64,000 nucleotides of DNA from Acidimicrobiia bacterium (GCA_035762545.1 DASTOM010000024.1:81559-145558); one strand, 5' to 3'. Shown: positions 27,941-38,193, counted from the first letter of the stretch. Made by a program: numbers and translations. The notes: generated by a model from the sequence alone, not told the origin.

Positions 27941-28525
27941 TCAAACAGGAGGTGCCGGGTCGTACTGGATGTCGCGTTTCACCTGGCGGGCACGCTCGGC
28001 GGAGTGGAGACGGGACACGAGGTGGAGGGCCATATCGATGCCCGCCGAGACGCCTGCCGCGGTCACGACTTCTCCGCTGTCCACCCAGCGGTCGTCGGGT
28101 CGGGGCTCGATGCTGGGATCGAGCCCTACCAGGAGGTCCATCGCGCTCCAGTAGGTAGTCGCCGGACGGTCGGCGAGGATCCCGGCGGCGGCATAGACCA
28201 GTGAGCCGGTGCAGACCGAGGTCATCACGGCTCCGGTGTCGGCGAGGTCACGGACCAGGTTCAACGTCGGCTCGTCCTGCATCAAGGTCCGCGTCCCCCT
28301 TCCACCCGGGAACAACACGACGTCCACCTCTCCGACGTCGGCGATCGGGCGATCGGTGACGATCTTCATTCCCTTGGCACATGTCACGGTCGGTCCCGAA
28401 AGAGAGACCGTGAACACATCCACATCGTCGTCGGGATACTGGAGCTGCCACATTCGCAAGACCTCCCACGGCCCGACCAGGTCGAGCTCCTCCATCCCGT
28501 CGAAACAGATCAGAGCAATCTTCAC
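27941..28525 (-). CDS. DJ-1/PfpI family protein
   Basis: Nucleophile elbow motif SVCTGS. Length 194 aa. Confidence 0.8.
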   Translation of the reverse strand: MKIALICFDGMEELDLVGPWEVLRMWQLQYPDDDVDVFTVSLSGPTVTCAKGMKIVTDRPIADVGEVDVVLFPGGRGTRTLMQDEPTLNLVRDLADTGAVMTSVCTGSLVYAAAGILADRPATTYWSAMDLLVGLDPSIEPRPDDRWVDSGEVVTAAGVSAGIDMALHLVSRLHSAERARQVKRDIQYDPAPPV

Positions 28526-29313
28526 TTCGGTGGCATCCGGGCAGCGGCGTCGAGCCGAATCACTTCACCGTTGAGCATCTCGTTCTCGATGACCGCCGAC
28601 ACCAGATGCCCGAAGTCATCCGGTGTCCCCAGACGCTGGGGGAACACGTGCAGTTTGGCCAACGAATCGCGCAGTTCCTGGGGTGCGCCGGCTAGAAGCG
28701 GAGTGTCCATGATGCCGGGCGCAATCGTGTTGACCCGGATCCCCCAACTGGCCAGATCCCGGGCCAGCGGAAGAGTCATCCCGACAACGCCCCCTTTCGA
28801 TGCCGAGTACGCGGCCTGGCCGACCTGGCCGTCGAATGCGGCGATGGAAGCCACGTTCACGATGACCCCGCGTTCCCCGCTGGGTGCCGGCTCGTTTGCC
28901 GTCATGACCCGGGCCGTGTTCCGGATGACATCGAACATGCCGACGAGGTTGACTCCGACGGTGAACCGGAAGAGATTGAGGTCGAACATCTCGCCTTCGC
29001 GAGAGACAACCCTCTGTGCAGGAGCCACTCCGGCAGCGTTGACGAGCACGTGTACACCGCCGAACGCCTCGGCGGCACCGTCGACACCGGCCCGGACCGC
29101 TGCGGGGTCGGAGACGTCGCAGACGATGAACCGTGAGGCCTCACCGAGTTCCTCTGTGGCGACTTTGCCTTGGTGCTCGTTGATGTCCATCATCACGACC
29201 CGTCCGCCGTGGTCGACGATACGGCGGGCCGCCCCGAAACCGAGACCGGACACTCCGCCGGTGATCAACGCAACCGAACCTTCAATCTGCAACGCCAACC
29301 TCCATCGTTTCAC
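28522..29313 (-). CDS. SDR family oxidoreductase (HSD17B10 / 3-hydroxyacyl-CoA dehydrogenase-like)
   Basis: ALITGGVSGLG, NAAG, catalytic YSASKGG. 4-nt overlap with the DJ-1 gene. Confidence 0.8.
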   Translation of the reverse strand: MKRWRLALQIEGSVALITGGVSGLGFGAARRIVDHGGRVVMMDINEHQGKVATEELGEASRFIVCDVSDPAAVRAGVDGAAEAFGGVHVLVNAAGVAPAQRVVSREGEMFDLNLFRFTVGVNLVGMFDVIRNTARVMTANEPAPSGERGVIVNVASIAAFDGQVGQAAYSASKGGVVGMTLPLARDLASWGIRVNTIAPGIMDTPLLAGAPQELRDSLAKLHVFPQRLGTPDDFGHLVSAVIENEMLNGEVIRLDAAARMPPK

Positions 29314-29331
29314 CGGCGACGGTACACCGGT

Positions 29332-30081
29332 GTGATCGGCGTCTTCGACTCCGGCGTGGGCGGTTTGTCCGTTCTCAGATCGATTCGATCGAGGCTGCCT
29401 GAGAGCGACCTCCTGTACGTGGCGGACCGGGGTCGGGCTCCTTACGGGACCCGATCCATCGACGAGGTGGAGTCCATGTCACACGAAATCGTCTCCTGGC
29501 TGCTGGACTCCGGGTCGGAGTGCATCGTCATCGCCTGCAACACTGCCTCGGCCGCGGCCCTGGAATCGATTCGAAGGGCTCACCCTGACGTGCCCGTGGT
29601 TGGGATGGAACCGGCGGTGAAGCCAGCCGCGCAGTCGACCACATCCGGGACGGTGGCCGTGTTCGCCACCGCGGTCACCTTCCAGGGACTGCTGTTCGAC
29701 TCGGTCGTGTCGCGCTTCGCTTCAGGCGTCGAAGTCCTGACCAGGGCGTGCCCTTCATGGGTCGAGGCCGTGGAAAGAGGCGATGTCGACTCGGCTGCAG
29801 TGGTATCCGACGAGGTCTCGTGGGCGCTCGACCACGGTGCAGACCGCATCGTGCTTGCGTGCACCCATTTCTCGTTCTTGAAAGAACTCATCGAGGACGT
29901 GGCCGGCATCCCCGTGATCGACCCGGCCGACGCCGTGGCGGCTCAGGTAGGTCGGGTCGCACCTACCCGTGTCGAGGGGGGCCGCACCAGCCTCGCTGCC
30001 TCCGGGGACCTCGAAGAGTTCGCCGCGCTCGCCTCCCGGCTCGCCGGAATCTCGTCACCCGTCATACCCTTCCCCGCATGA
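29332..30081 (+). CDS. murI: Glutamate racemase
   Basis: IGVFDSGVGGLSV, CNTAS and ACTHF catalytic cysteine motifs. GTG start at 29332. Confidence 0.8.
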   Translation: MIGVFDSGVGGLSVLRSIRSRLPESDLLYVADRGRAPYGTRSIDEVESMSHEIVSWLLDSGSECIVIACNTASAAALESIRRAHPDVPVVGMEPAVKPAAQSTTSGTVAVFATAVTFQGLLFDSVVSRFASGVEVLTRACPSWVEAVERGDVDSAAVVSDEVSWALDHGADRIVLACTHFSFLKELIEDVAGIPVIDPADAVAAQVGRVAPTRVEGGRTSLAASGDLEEFAALASRLAGISSPVIPFPA

Positions 30082-31094
30082 CATCGTTCTGGGTCGACAA
30101 CGAAGGTGTTCTCACCGGAGAAGGCCCGACCCTTGAAATCGACCTGGGCGCCGGTGCCGACCGCTACGCCCGGGCGCTGGAGGCCGTCCGATCGTCGGGG
30201 CGGGAGATCGCGTTCGCTTCGTTCACCTTCGACGCCACCGAAGACGGGTCCGTCGTCTCGATCCCGACGTCTGTTCGACTCACCCGAGGTGTCGAGGCGG
30301 TCGGACCCATTCCGGCCATCGTCTCGATCGACACCGGGGCAGAGGAATGGACCACCGGATTCGAAAAGGCCATGCTCGAGATAGAGACCGGACGGGTTGA
30401 AAAGGTCGTCCTCGCCCGCAAGGTCGAGGTCACCTTCGAATCCCCGCCTCAGGCCTCCGCGATCGTGGCCAACCTGGTTCCGGCCAATCCCGGGTGCTAC
30501 CTGTTCTCCGTCGGTGGCCTGGTCGGGGCGAGTCCGGAGCTTCTCGTCAGCCTACGGGACGGTTGGGTCAAGACCCTGGCCCTGGCTGGCACCGCAACGG
30601 ACCCCCAGGACCTCGAATCGGTGAAGATCTCCGAAGAGCATCGACACGTCTCACGCTCGGTGATGGACGCGATAACCCGACACGTCAAGGACATCGAGAT
30701 CACCGAGCAGGTGATCGTCCCCCATGGGGCCATGTCACACGTGGGCACCAGGATCGAAGGGCCAGTGGTGCCGGGAACCTCGGTCGCCACGATCCTGGCC
30801 GACCTGCACCCCACGGCGGCAGTGGCGGGTTCACCCACCGAGATCGCCCTGGACCTGATTCGCGAGATCGAGCCCACCAGCCGGGGACGATATGCGGGAC
30901 CGGTGGGCTGGATGAACTCTGCGGGTGACGGTGTCTTTGCTATCGCTCTGCGCTGTGGCCAGCTGTCCGGCTCTCGCATGACACTCTTCGCCGGGGGCGG
31001 GCTAGTCGCCGGATCGGAGGAGGACGCCGAACTGCACGAAACCGATCTCAAGCTCGCCCCGATGTTCGACGCGATCGGTCACCGCCCGAGTTGA
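30078..31094 (+). CDS. menF: Isochorismate synthase (menaquinone-specific, chorismate-binding enzyme)
   Basis: Chorismate-binding C-terminal blocks SRGRYAGPVGW and ALRCG...FAGGGLVAGS. ATGA overlap with murI. Confidence 0.7.
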   Translation: MTSFWVDNEGVLTGEGPTLEIDLGAGADRYARALEAVRSSGREIAFASFTFDATEDGSVVSIPTSVRLTRGVEAVGPIPAIVSIDTGAEEWTTGFEKAMLEIETGRVEKVVLARKVEVTFESPPQASAIVANLVPANPGCYLFSVGGLVGASPELLVSLRDGWVKTLALAGTATDPQDLESVKISEEHRHVSRSVMDAITRHVKDIEITEQVIVPHGAMSHVGTRIEGPVVPGTSVATILADLHPTAAVAGSPTEIALDLIREIEPTSRGRYAGPVGWMNSAGDGVFAIALRCGQLSGSRMTLFAGGGLVAGSEEDAELHETDLKLAPMFDAIGHRPS

Positions 31095-32716
31095 AGCCGG
31101 GACTGCAGGTCCTCCTGCCGGTCGACGGGGACGACGATGACATGGACCCCGCCCTGACTGAGACCCTCCTGAGCGACCTGGATCACGTCGGGGATGCTCA
31201 TGACCGTGGTGACAGTGGCGTGGTGCGCTTCTGCAACTGCGGCGATCGAGCGCCCGCTTGGCGTGATGAACAGCCGCTCGAAATGAGGTGCGTGCACCGC
31301 CTGAGGCAGGGCGTCGAACAGCCCTCCGCCATGGTTGTCCACGACGACGAAGACGCAGTCGATTTGCACATCGATCATGAACCCGTTCGCATCGTGCAGG
31401 AACGAGAGGTCCCCCGCGAGTGCGACCGTCCGGGGATGAACCGACGCCACCCCCAACGCGGTGGAGACGAATCCGTCGATCCCGGACGCACCCCGATTCC
31501 CGAACACCGGACCCGGTCGGTTGAGATGGACGTCGATCTCCCGGACCGGCAGTGAGGAGGCGACGACTAGGGCGCCCCAGTCGAGCGAGTTCATGGCGTT
31601 GGCGACAGTGCCACCGGTCAGGCTCTGCTCGGTGGCCACAACCGACCGGACTCGGTCCCTGACGGCGGCGGCGCGGTCGAGCCAACCTTCCGCCCAACCG
31701 GGGCGAGCCCTCCCGGTCACCTCCGCGAGGACCGCCAACGGGTCAGCAGCGACCACTGCGCTCGCATTGCGGCCAGGGTCGATGTGCCGTCCCCAGGCGT
31801 CCACCCGGACACGGGTGGAGGCGGCGGCGACCAGATCTTCCAGGACCGGGTCAGGTCCGATCGCTCCGACAGCGACGGCGACGTCGGGGACGAGGTCTTC
31901 GGGTATGCCCTCGACTAGCAGGTGGTGGTAGGCATCGACCACTCGCTCGCCCCTGGCCCCGGATAGGGCGGTGGCGAGCACCGGCCATCCGAGTGAGCCG
32001 GCGAAGTCGATCACGGCAGCTCGGTCGTAGGACCCGTCGCCCAGGATCAATACCCCACGCTCCGACTCGAGGTCGAGTTCGACGACGGGGTGTGTCGTGG
32101 CTGGCGGGGAGGGCCGGGAGACCCTCGGAGTCGGGTACGGATAGGGGTCAGACCTGGTCCGGCCGTCGTCCGGCACCGGCACCGTCGGCTCCCGGAACGC
32201 GACATTGAGGTGGATCGGACCCGGACGTGGGCCGGTCGCCGCTGCCAGGGCATCCGAAACGAGCCGTCTCCACTCCGGGTTCAGGTCGACCCCCGGGTCG
32301 GGGGCCTCTATCCCGGTGAAGGATCTCACCTTGGTGCCGTAGAGGTTCACCTGGTCGATCGTCTGGTTGGCCCCGATGCCCCGCAATTCGGCCGGCCGGT
32401 CAGCCGAGACCACCACGAGCGGCACACAGGCCATGTCGGCCTCGACCACGGCGGGGAGATAGTTGGCGGGGGCGGTACCGGAAGTGGATATGACCACGGC
32501 CGGTGAACCTGAGGCTTTCGCCACACCGAGAGCGTGGAACGCGGCGGAGCGCTCGTCGATCGCCACCCTGACCTCCAGATCGGGATGTTCCGCTGCAGCG
32601 ATCGCCAGGGCCGCCGACCTCGATCCGGGGGATACCACTACCACCGCCACTCCCCCGGCGGCGAGCTCGTCGAGGACGACCCGTGCCAACGCGGTGCTCG
32701 GGTTGGGGTGACTCAA
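31079..32716 (-). CDS. menD: 2-succinyl-5-enolpyruvyl-6-hydroxy-3-cyclohexene-1-carboxylate synthase (ThDP-dependent)
   Basis: ThDP-binding GDLSFLHD motif and N-terminal PGSRSAALA block typical of MenD. Confidence 0.85.
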   Translation of the reverse strand: MSHPNPSTALARVVLDELAAGGVAVVVVSPGSRSAALAIAAAEHPDLEVRVAIDERSAAFHALGVAKASGSPAVVISTSGTAPANYLPAVVEADMACVPLVVVSADRPAELRGIGANQTIDQVNLYGTKVRSFTGIEAPDPGVDLNPEWRRLVSDALAAATGPRPGPIHLNVAFREPTVPVPDDGRTRSDPYPYPTPRVSRPSPPATTHPVVELDLESERGVLILGDGSYDRAAVIDFAGSLGWPVLATALSGARGERVVDAYHHLLVEGIPEDLVPDVAVAVGAIGPDPVLEDLVAAASTRVRVDAWGRHIDPGRNASAVVAADPLAVLAEVTGRARPGWAEGWLDRAAAVRDRVRSVVATEQSLTGGTVANAMNSLDWGALVVASSLPVREIDVHLNRPGPVFGNRGASGIDGFVSTALGVASVHPRTVALAGDLSFLHDANGFMIDVQIDCVFVVVDNHGGGLFDALPQAVHAPHFERLFITPSGRSIAAVAEAHHATVTTVMSIPDVIQVAQEGLSQGGVHVIVVPVDRQEDLQSRLQLGR

Positions 32717-33672
32717 GTGAGCACCTGGGCGGCGGCCCGCAATTTTCGAAGCATCTCCGCCCCGCGGTCACGGTCCGGGCGCCAGCGGCGGAGGAGAGCA
32801 GGGTCGGGCTCAGGACGTCGCACCTCGAGCAACCCGTCGGATGGGATCAGGGGAGCCAGGGTGGGATCCCCCTCGAGGAGTGCGACCGTCCCCAGACCAC
32901 AGGCAAAAGGCAGGTCTTTGACCAACGAGGCAGCGAGGAGTCCCGCATACATCCCGACCGAAGTCTCCAGCGCTGACGAGATCACCACCGGGATCGAAGC
33001 CCGATTGGCCAGATCGAGCACCCGAGCCACCCCGCCCATGGGTTGAACCTTGAGGATCACGAGGTCAGCTGCCCCCTCTTCGATGACGCGCAGCGGGTGA
33101 GGGCTCTGCCGTACCAGCTCATCCGCCGCAAGAGGGACCGAGACCCTGGACCGAAGAATCTTCATGTCGGCGACGGTGGCCACGGGCTGTTCGACATACT
33201 GGAGATCGAACACCGCCAGGGCTTCGATGCGACGGGTGGCCGTGTCGAGGTCCCAGCCGGCATTCACGTCGACCCGGATCTTTCCTTCCGGACCGAGGAC
33301 CTCCCGTACGGCGGCGACTCTGGCCAGATCGTCTTCTTCGGTGTCCCCGGGCTCTCCGATCTTCACCTTGGCCGTACTCGCCCCGGACTCGACCACCAGG
33401 GCCACAGCCGTGGCCGGGTCGGTGGCCGGCACGGTGACATTGACCGGAACGTGGGAACGTCCGGGAGCAGGGAGCTCGCCACAGGCGAGCTCGAGAGCGG
33501 CCGCGAGCCAGCGGGTGGTCACCTCGGGTGGATAGTCCGGGAACGGTGAGAACTCTCCCCAGCCTCGAGGACCTTTGATCAGCACAGCCTCGCGGTGATC
33601 AACCCTCCGGAAACGCTGCCGCATCGGAATCCGAACCGGGTGGAGCTCGAGGGCTTCGAGTGCTTCGGTCAC
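32713..33672 (-). CDS. menC: o-Succinylbenzoate synthase (enolase superfamily)
   Basis: Enolase-superfamily metal ligands in KVKIG...DVNAGW...DE. 4-nt overlaps with menD and the cytochrome c gene. Confidence 0.7.
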   Translation of the reverse strand: MTEALEALELHPVRIPMRQRFRRVDHREAVLIKGPRGWGEFSPFPDYPPEVTTRWLAAALELACGELPAPGRSHVPVNVTVPATDPATAVALVVESGASTAKVKIGEPGDTEEDDLARVAAVREVLGPEGKIRVDVNAGWDLDTATRRIEALAVFDLQYVEQPVATVADMKILRSRVSVPLAADELVRQSPHPLRVIEEGAADLVILKVQPMGGVARVLDLANRASIPVVISSALETSVGMYAGLLAASLVKDLPFACGLGTVALLEGDPTLAPLIPSDGLLEVRRPEPDPALLRRWRPDRDRGAEMLRKLRAAAQVLT

Positions 33673-33977
33673 TGGCCCTGCTCCTCCCGGATGTAGGCGA
33701 TCAGACGGCCGACCTGGGCCTCGTCCAGGGAGGAGGAGAAGGACGGCATCCGCCCTCGTCCATTGACGATCGTGAACTCGAGGAACTCGTCGGTCTCACC
33801 CGCCGAATTCGAACCAGCGCCGAGCGCCGGTCCCACCCCGCCGCTCAGATCTGGACCGTGGCAGCGGGCACATAACTGTTGGAATATCTCCTCACCCGTT
33901 GCGTCCTCGGCCGGCTCGCCGATCGAGCAGCTGACCAACAGCCCGGCGGCGAGGGCGAGGCCGATCAGACGCCTCAA
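33669..33977 (-). CDS. c-type cytochrome (class I) lipoprotein
   Basis: Haem-binding CARCH (CxxCH) with downstream Met ligand region RMPSF. Lipobox LLVSCS. Confidence 0.7.
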   Translation of the reverse strand: MRRLIGLALAAGLLVSCSIGEPAEDATGEEIFQQLCARCHGPDLSGGVGPALGAGSNSAGETDEFLEFTIVNGRGRMPSFSSSLDEAQVGRLIAYIREEQGQ

Positions 33978-35005
33978 TCTGGGGGAGCCTCCTGCAGGTC
34001 CTTCACCTGCTGGGATCGGTCCAACGGCACAACCAACACGGCATCGGGCGTCTCGACGACGATCAGACCCTCCACCCCCGCGACGACCAGCCGGCGGGAC
34101 GTTGACTTGAGGAACGAGTTCGTGGTGTCGACGGCCGTCACATCGCCGGACACGTGGTTGCCACTGTTGTCGCGCTCGCTGACGTCGAACAAGGTGAGGT
34201 AGGACCCAACGTCCGACCAGCCGGCACGAAGTGGCACGACGACTGCTCGATCGGTGCGCTCCATGATCGCGTAGTCGATGGAGATCGACTCGACGGTGCC
34301 GAACTCGTCGAACAACTCGACCAAGCCGGTCGCTGGAGTCGGCAGCGAAGCGGCCACACCTTCCACGACCTCAGGGCAGTGGGCTCGGGCCTCGTCGAGG
34401 AAGACATCGGCACGTGCGATGAAGATCCCTGAATTCCACAGATGCTGGCCGTCCGTGGAGAGAATTGCTGCCGCTGCGGGGTCGGGTTTCTCGATGAACC
34501 GAGCCACGACGAGCCCATCTCCGATCGACTCCCCTACCTCGATGTACCCGTACCCGGTCTCCGCCCGGTCAGGCTCGATCCCGAAGGTGACGAGATGTCC
34601 CGCAGAGGCCAGGGTCACCGCCCGTTGCAGCGCTTCGCGGAACGCAGACCTGTCGAGGATCAGGTGGTCTGCGGGAAGGATCACCAGGACGTCGCCCGGA
34701 TCGGCGATCAGCGCGGCGGCCACGGCGGCCGGAGCGGTGTTCCGGCCGGTTGGCTCAACGACGATCGCCAGGGCATCGAGCTCTGACTCTTCGATCTCTC
34801 TCGCGACGTGATCGCGATGAGCCGCGCCGGTGACGACGATTGCGTCGACGAGACCGGCTACACCGACGAGACGATCGAGAGTCAGGCCGAAGAGAGTGTC
34901 GTCGCCGATGAGCGGAGTGAACTGCTTCGGCACAGCGGGAGTCGACAGAGGCCACAGCCTCGTGCCGGAGCCGCCGGACAGGATGACGGGTCGAACATCG
35001 GACAC
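33974..35005 (-). CDS. manC: Mannose-1-phosphate guanylyltransferase (GDP-mannose pyrophosphorylase)
   Basis: N-terminal nucleotidyltransferase motif ILSGGSGTRLWPLS. Confidence 0.8.
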   Translation of the reverse strand: MSDVRPVILSGGSGTRLWPLSTPAVPKQFTPLIGDDTLFGLTLDRLVGVAGLVDAIVVTGAAHRDHVAREIEESELDALAIVVEPTGRNTAPAAVAAALIADPGDVLVILPADHLILDRSAFREALQRAVTLASAGHLVTFGIEPDRAETGYGYIEVGESIGDGLVVARFIEKPDPAAAAILSTDGQHLWNSGIFIARADVFLDEARAHCPEVVEGVAASLPTPATGLVELFDEFGTVESISIDYAIMERTDRAVVVPLRAGWSDVGSYLTLFDVSERDNSGNHVSGDVTAVDTTNSFLKSTSRRLVVAGVEGLIVVETPDAVLVVPLDRSQQVKDLQEAPPD

Positions 35006-35072
35006 CCGGCGAGGGTACCGGGAGTGCGGCCGATGCCCGTGCTACCTTCGGGCCCCCGTCCCCCAAGAGCCG

Positions 35073-35960
35073 ATGTCAGCTGTCTCCGTCCACGCCCTAA
35101 CCAAGTCCTATGGCCCACTGAAAGCTGTCAACGGAATCGACCTCGAGATCGCCGTTGGCGAAGTGGTGGCGATCCTGGGGCCGAACGGCGCAGGCAAGAC
35201 CACCACGGTCGAGATGATCGAGGGATTCCGTCGACCGGATTCAGGGACCATCAGTGTGCTCGGTCACGACCCGTCGGATCGCCCGGCCGAACTTCTCGAC
35301 CGGATCGGCATCGTGCTCCAGGAAGGCGGTATCGAGGAGGATCTCACCGTTAGGGAGGCGATCGAGGCGCAGCGACGCCCTTACGCCGAGCCGATGTCAG
35401 CCGATGAGGCCATCGAGACAGTCGACCTCGTCGAAAAGGCCGACGAGCGCATCAAGGGTCTCTCAGGAGGTCAGCGACGGCGACTCGACCTGGCACTCGG
35501 GATCGTGGGCAACCCCGACCTCTTGTTCCTCGATGAGCCAACCACAGGATTCGACCCGGCGGCCCGGCGCCGGTCCTGGGAAGCGATTCGGCAGCTTGCG
35601 TCGTCGGGAACGACGGTGGTACTCACCACCCACTACCTGGAGGAGGCCCAGCAATTGGCCGACCGGGTCGTCGTCATGTCGATGGGTGAGATCGTCGCCA
35701 ACGGATCGCCCGACGACCTCGGAGAGAGAAGGTCCGGTTTGAGCACCATCAGGTTCAGAATCGACCCGAGCCGGGCTGGTGCCCTGGGAGTCGAGCCCGA
35801 CGCCGGCGGGTGGGTTGTGACGGAGACACACGATCCGATCCGGCTGATCAACGAACTGACAGGCAAGGCACTGGCGACGGGGATCGCCATCGAAGACTTC
35901 GAAGTCGGCAAGATCACCCTCGAGGAGGCATACCTCAGGCTGGTGACCCACGATGGGTAG
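35073..35960 (+). CDS. ABC transporter ATP-binding protein (ABC-2/DrrA-like)
   Basis: Walker A GPNGAGKTT, signature LSGGQRRR, Walker B LLFLDEPT. Confidence 0.85.
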   Translation: MSAVSVHALTKSYGPLKAVNGIDLEIAVGEVVAILGPNGAGKTTTVEMIEGFRRPDSGTISVLGHDPSDRPAELLDRIGIVLQEGGIEEDLTVREAIEAQRRPYAEPMSADEAIETVDLVEKADERIKGLSGGQRRRLDLALGIVGNPDLLFLDEPTTGFDPAARRRSWEAIRQLASSGTTVVLTTHYLEEAQQLADRVVVMSMGEIVANGSPDDLGERRSGLSTIRFRIDPSRAGALGVEPDAGGWVVTETHDPIRLINELTGKALATGIAIEDFEVGKITLEEAYLRLVTHDG

Positions 35961-36753
35961 CGGGAGCCTGCTCGTCTCCGAGACGATGCTTCAGACGAAG
36001 CTTTTCTTCCGGTCGGCCGTCGCCGCGTTCTTCACGTTGGTCATGCCACTGATGTTCCTGGTAATGATCAACTTCTTCATCCCGTCCGACGAAGCATCGG
36101 GGTTCTCAGCCGCGCAGTACTTCACCCCTGCGATCGCGGTGTTCGGAATGGTCACGGCGACGTTCACCAACCTCGCGATCAACACATCGATGGCACGCGA
36201 CGGCGGCATACTGAAGCGGGTCGCCGGCACCCCTCTCCCGATGTGGGTTCATCTGGGTGGGCGGATAATGTCCGCCGCCCTCGTGGGTCTGATCTCGGTG
36301 ACACTCATGCTGGCTGTGGGCTGGCTCCTGTTCGACCTCGAGATCCCATGGTCCAGGATGCCCTTGTTCGCCCTGCTGATCCTCGTCGGTGCTGGCACAT
36401 TCTCGGCGTTGGGGCTGGCCGTCGCCGCAGTGACCCCGAACGCACGGGCTGCCCCCGCCATCGCCAACTTCGTGATCCTGCCTCTGGCCTTCATCTCCGG
36501 GATCTTCTTTCCGCTCGACGGATCCCCGGAGTGGCTGCAGACCCTCGCCTCATGGTTGCCACTGGAGCCACTCGTGACGGCTGCCATCGCTCTGTTCGAC
36601 CCAGCGATGCCGGTTGAGTTCCCATGGGCCGCGATCGGAAAGGTGCTCGCCTGGGGCGCGATCGGTCTTGTGATCGCATTGAGGTTCTTCAGCTTCGAGC
36701 CGGCGGGGACGAAGCCACGTGCTGCCGAGGTGTCAGCTGCCTACGGAGATTGA
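35953..36753 (+). CDS. ABC-2 type transporter permease
   Basis: 6-TM ABC-2 membrane layout. Overlaps the upstream ATPase stop by 8 nt. Confidence 0.75.
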   Translation: MGSGSLLVSETMLQTKLFFRSAVAAFFTLVMPLMFLVMINFFIPSDEASGFSAAQYFTPAIAVFGMVTATFTNLAINTSMARDGGILKRVAGTPLPMWVHLGGRIMSAALVGLISVTLMLAVGWLLFDLEIPWSRMPLFALLILVGAGTFSALGLAVAAVTPNARAAPAIANFVILPLAFISGIFFPLDGSPEWLQTLASWLPLEPLVTAAIALFDPAMPVEFPWAAIGKVLAWGAIGLVIALRFFSFEPAGTKPRAAEVSAAYGD

Positions 36754-38193
36754 GACGTAGGCGCACTCCTCGCAGACGTATCTGGTGATACCGATGCCTC
36801 CAGGAGCCTCGACGAACTGATGGACGTGGTCTTTGGAACCGCCACGGAACGCGGCCTTTACCGCGCCCATGAGGCCACCCTTGTCTTTGGCATCGGCGAG
36901 CACGGGTTGCGGGGTGGGCGACACACTCGGGGCACCGTCCTCTAGATCGTTGAGATCCACGACCCGTGGCTCAGCTGCCGCCGCGGCAGCCTCCCGCTCC
37001 GCCACCTCCCGCCGTTCGGCCTCCTCCTCCTGGCGCCGCGCATGTTCCTCCGCCTCGATTCGCGCCTCCTCAGTGGCGCGGGCCTCGGCCTCGCGCTGCG
37101 CCTGCTCCTCGGCCGCGATCCGCGCCTCGTCAGCCGCCGCTCTCTCGGCCTCGCGCTGCGCCCGCTCCTCCGCCGCGATGCGAGCCTCTTCAGCGGCACG
37201 GGCCTCTGCTTCGGCCTGCGCCTCCTTCTCAGCAGCGATGCGCTTCTCTTCGGCGGCGCGGGCCTCAGCCTCGATCCGGGCCTCCTCAGCGGCCCTCTCC
37301 TCGGCTGCCCTTCGGGCCTCTTCCTCGGCGGCTATGCGGGCTTCTTCAGCAGCACGCTGTTGCGCCGCCCGCTCGGCCGCCTCCAACTGGGCGGCTCTCT
37401 GCTCGGTGCGCTCCCGTTCCAACGCAGCCTGCTCGGCAGCCAGTCCCGCGGCCTCGGTCTGGCGTCGCAACTCCTCTCGCTCGGCCTCGAGTCGCTGCAT
37501 CTCCAGGCGATAAGCCTCGAGGAGGTTGGCCTCCCGCTGCTCAGCGGCCTGGCGTTCCTTTTCCAGCTGAGCTCGCTCCTCGGCGAGTCGACGTCTCTCT
37601 TCCTCGATCTCGGGACTGAAGACGGGCTCGGGTGCGGAAACCGATTCGCCCGGCGCGGGTGCGGCCTCGACCGGAGACACCGCACCGACTACCGGGATCG
37701 ACGCATCGGTGTCTCTCCGGTCCCAATCGGTCTCGAAGTGCTCGGCCTCAACTGAAGCGGCTTGGCTGGCGGTGCCAGGCATGGAGGTCTCACCGGCAAT
37801 GGCCCGTGGCCCGGTGGACTCGAGATTGGACTCCATGGCGTGCCGCAGGTCCTCGATTCGGGAGGGGATGAGACCTTTGCGGGACTTGCGAACCGCGATC
37901 GAGCGGGACCCGGGCCGTCGCGACTTGATCTTCGCCCACGTCTCGGCCATGTGCTCCACACCCCGGTAGGCGAAGTCGATCGGATCGGCCGCCACGAAGG
38001 TGACCTCGGTGCCGTCGAGGTCCACGAGGAAGGCGCTCGAAACCAGACGCTTGGCGTGGACGTCATAGAGAGACCAACGCCCCAGGGACTCGCCATCGAC
38101 CACGATCTCGGCCTGGTCCTCGTCCACCACGAACTGAACCGGCACGCCGGGATGATCCAACTCGGGGAACTTCAGTTCACCGTTGAATTTCAC
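36733..38193 (-). CDS. Coiled-coil protein with Ala/Glu/Arg-rich tandem repeats and conserved terminal domains
   Basis: N-terminal globular domain of about 100 aa, a central region of about 230 aa made of AAEEARIAAEE.RA.REAE-type repeats encoded by imperfect 63-bp DNA repeats, and a C-terminal Cys/His cluster HVHQF...YVCEECAYV. Confidence 0.5.
   Translation of the reverse strand: MKFNGELKFPELDHPGVPVQFVVDEDQAEIVVDGESLGRWSLYDVHAKRLVSSAFLVDLDGTEVTFVAADPIDFAYRGVEHMAETWAKIKSRRPGSRSIAVRKSRKGLIPSRIEDLRHAMESNLESTGPRAIAGETSMPGTASQAASVEAEHFETDWDRRDTDASIPVVGAVSPVEAAPAPGESVSAPEPVFSPEIEEERRRLAEERAQLEKERQAAEQREANLLEAYRLEMQRLEAEREELRRQTEAAGLAAEQAALERERTEQRAAQLEAAERAAQQRAAEEARIAAEEEARRAAEERAAEEARIEAEARAAEEKRIAAEKEAQAEAEARAAEEARIAAEERAQREAERAAADEARIAAEEQAQREAEARATEEARIEAEEHARRQEEEAERREVAEREAAAAAAEPRVVDLNDLEDGAPSVSPTPQPVLADAKDKGGLMGAVKAAFRGGSKDHVHQFVEAPGGIGITRYVCEECAYVSISVGS
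37000..37560 (-). repeat. In-frame imperfect tandem DNA repeats (about 63 bp unit, gcctcggcctcgcgctgcgcc.gctcctc.gccgcgat.cg.gcctc.tcagc.gc) encoding the coiled-coil repeats
   Basis: Repeated units are visible at 37075..37137, 37138..37200 and 37201..37263, with further degenerate copies onward. Confidence 0.6.

Noticed and set aside
37000-37560. Tandem 63-bp repeats considered as a possible CRISPR-like or mobile repeat array
   Set aside because: Units are contiguous without spacers and maintain an open reading frame encoding a coiled coil, so they are coding repeats.
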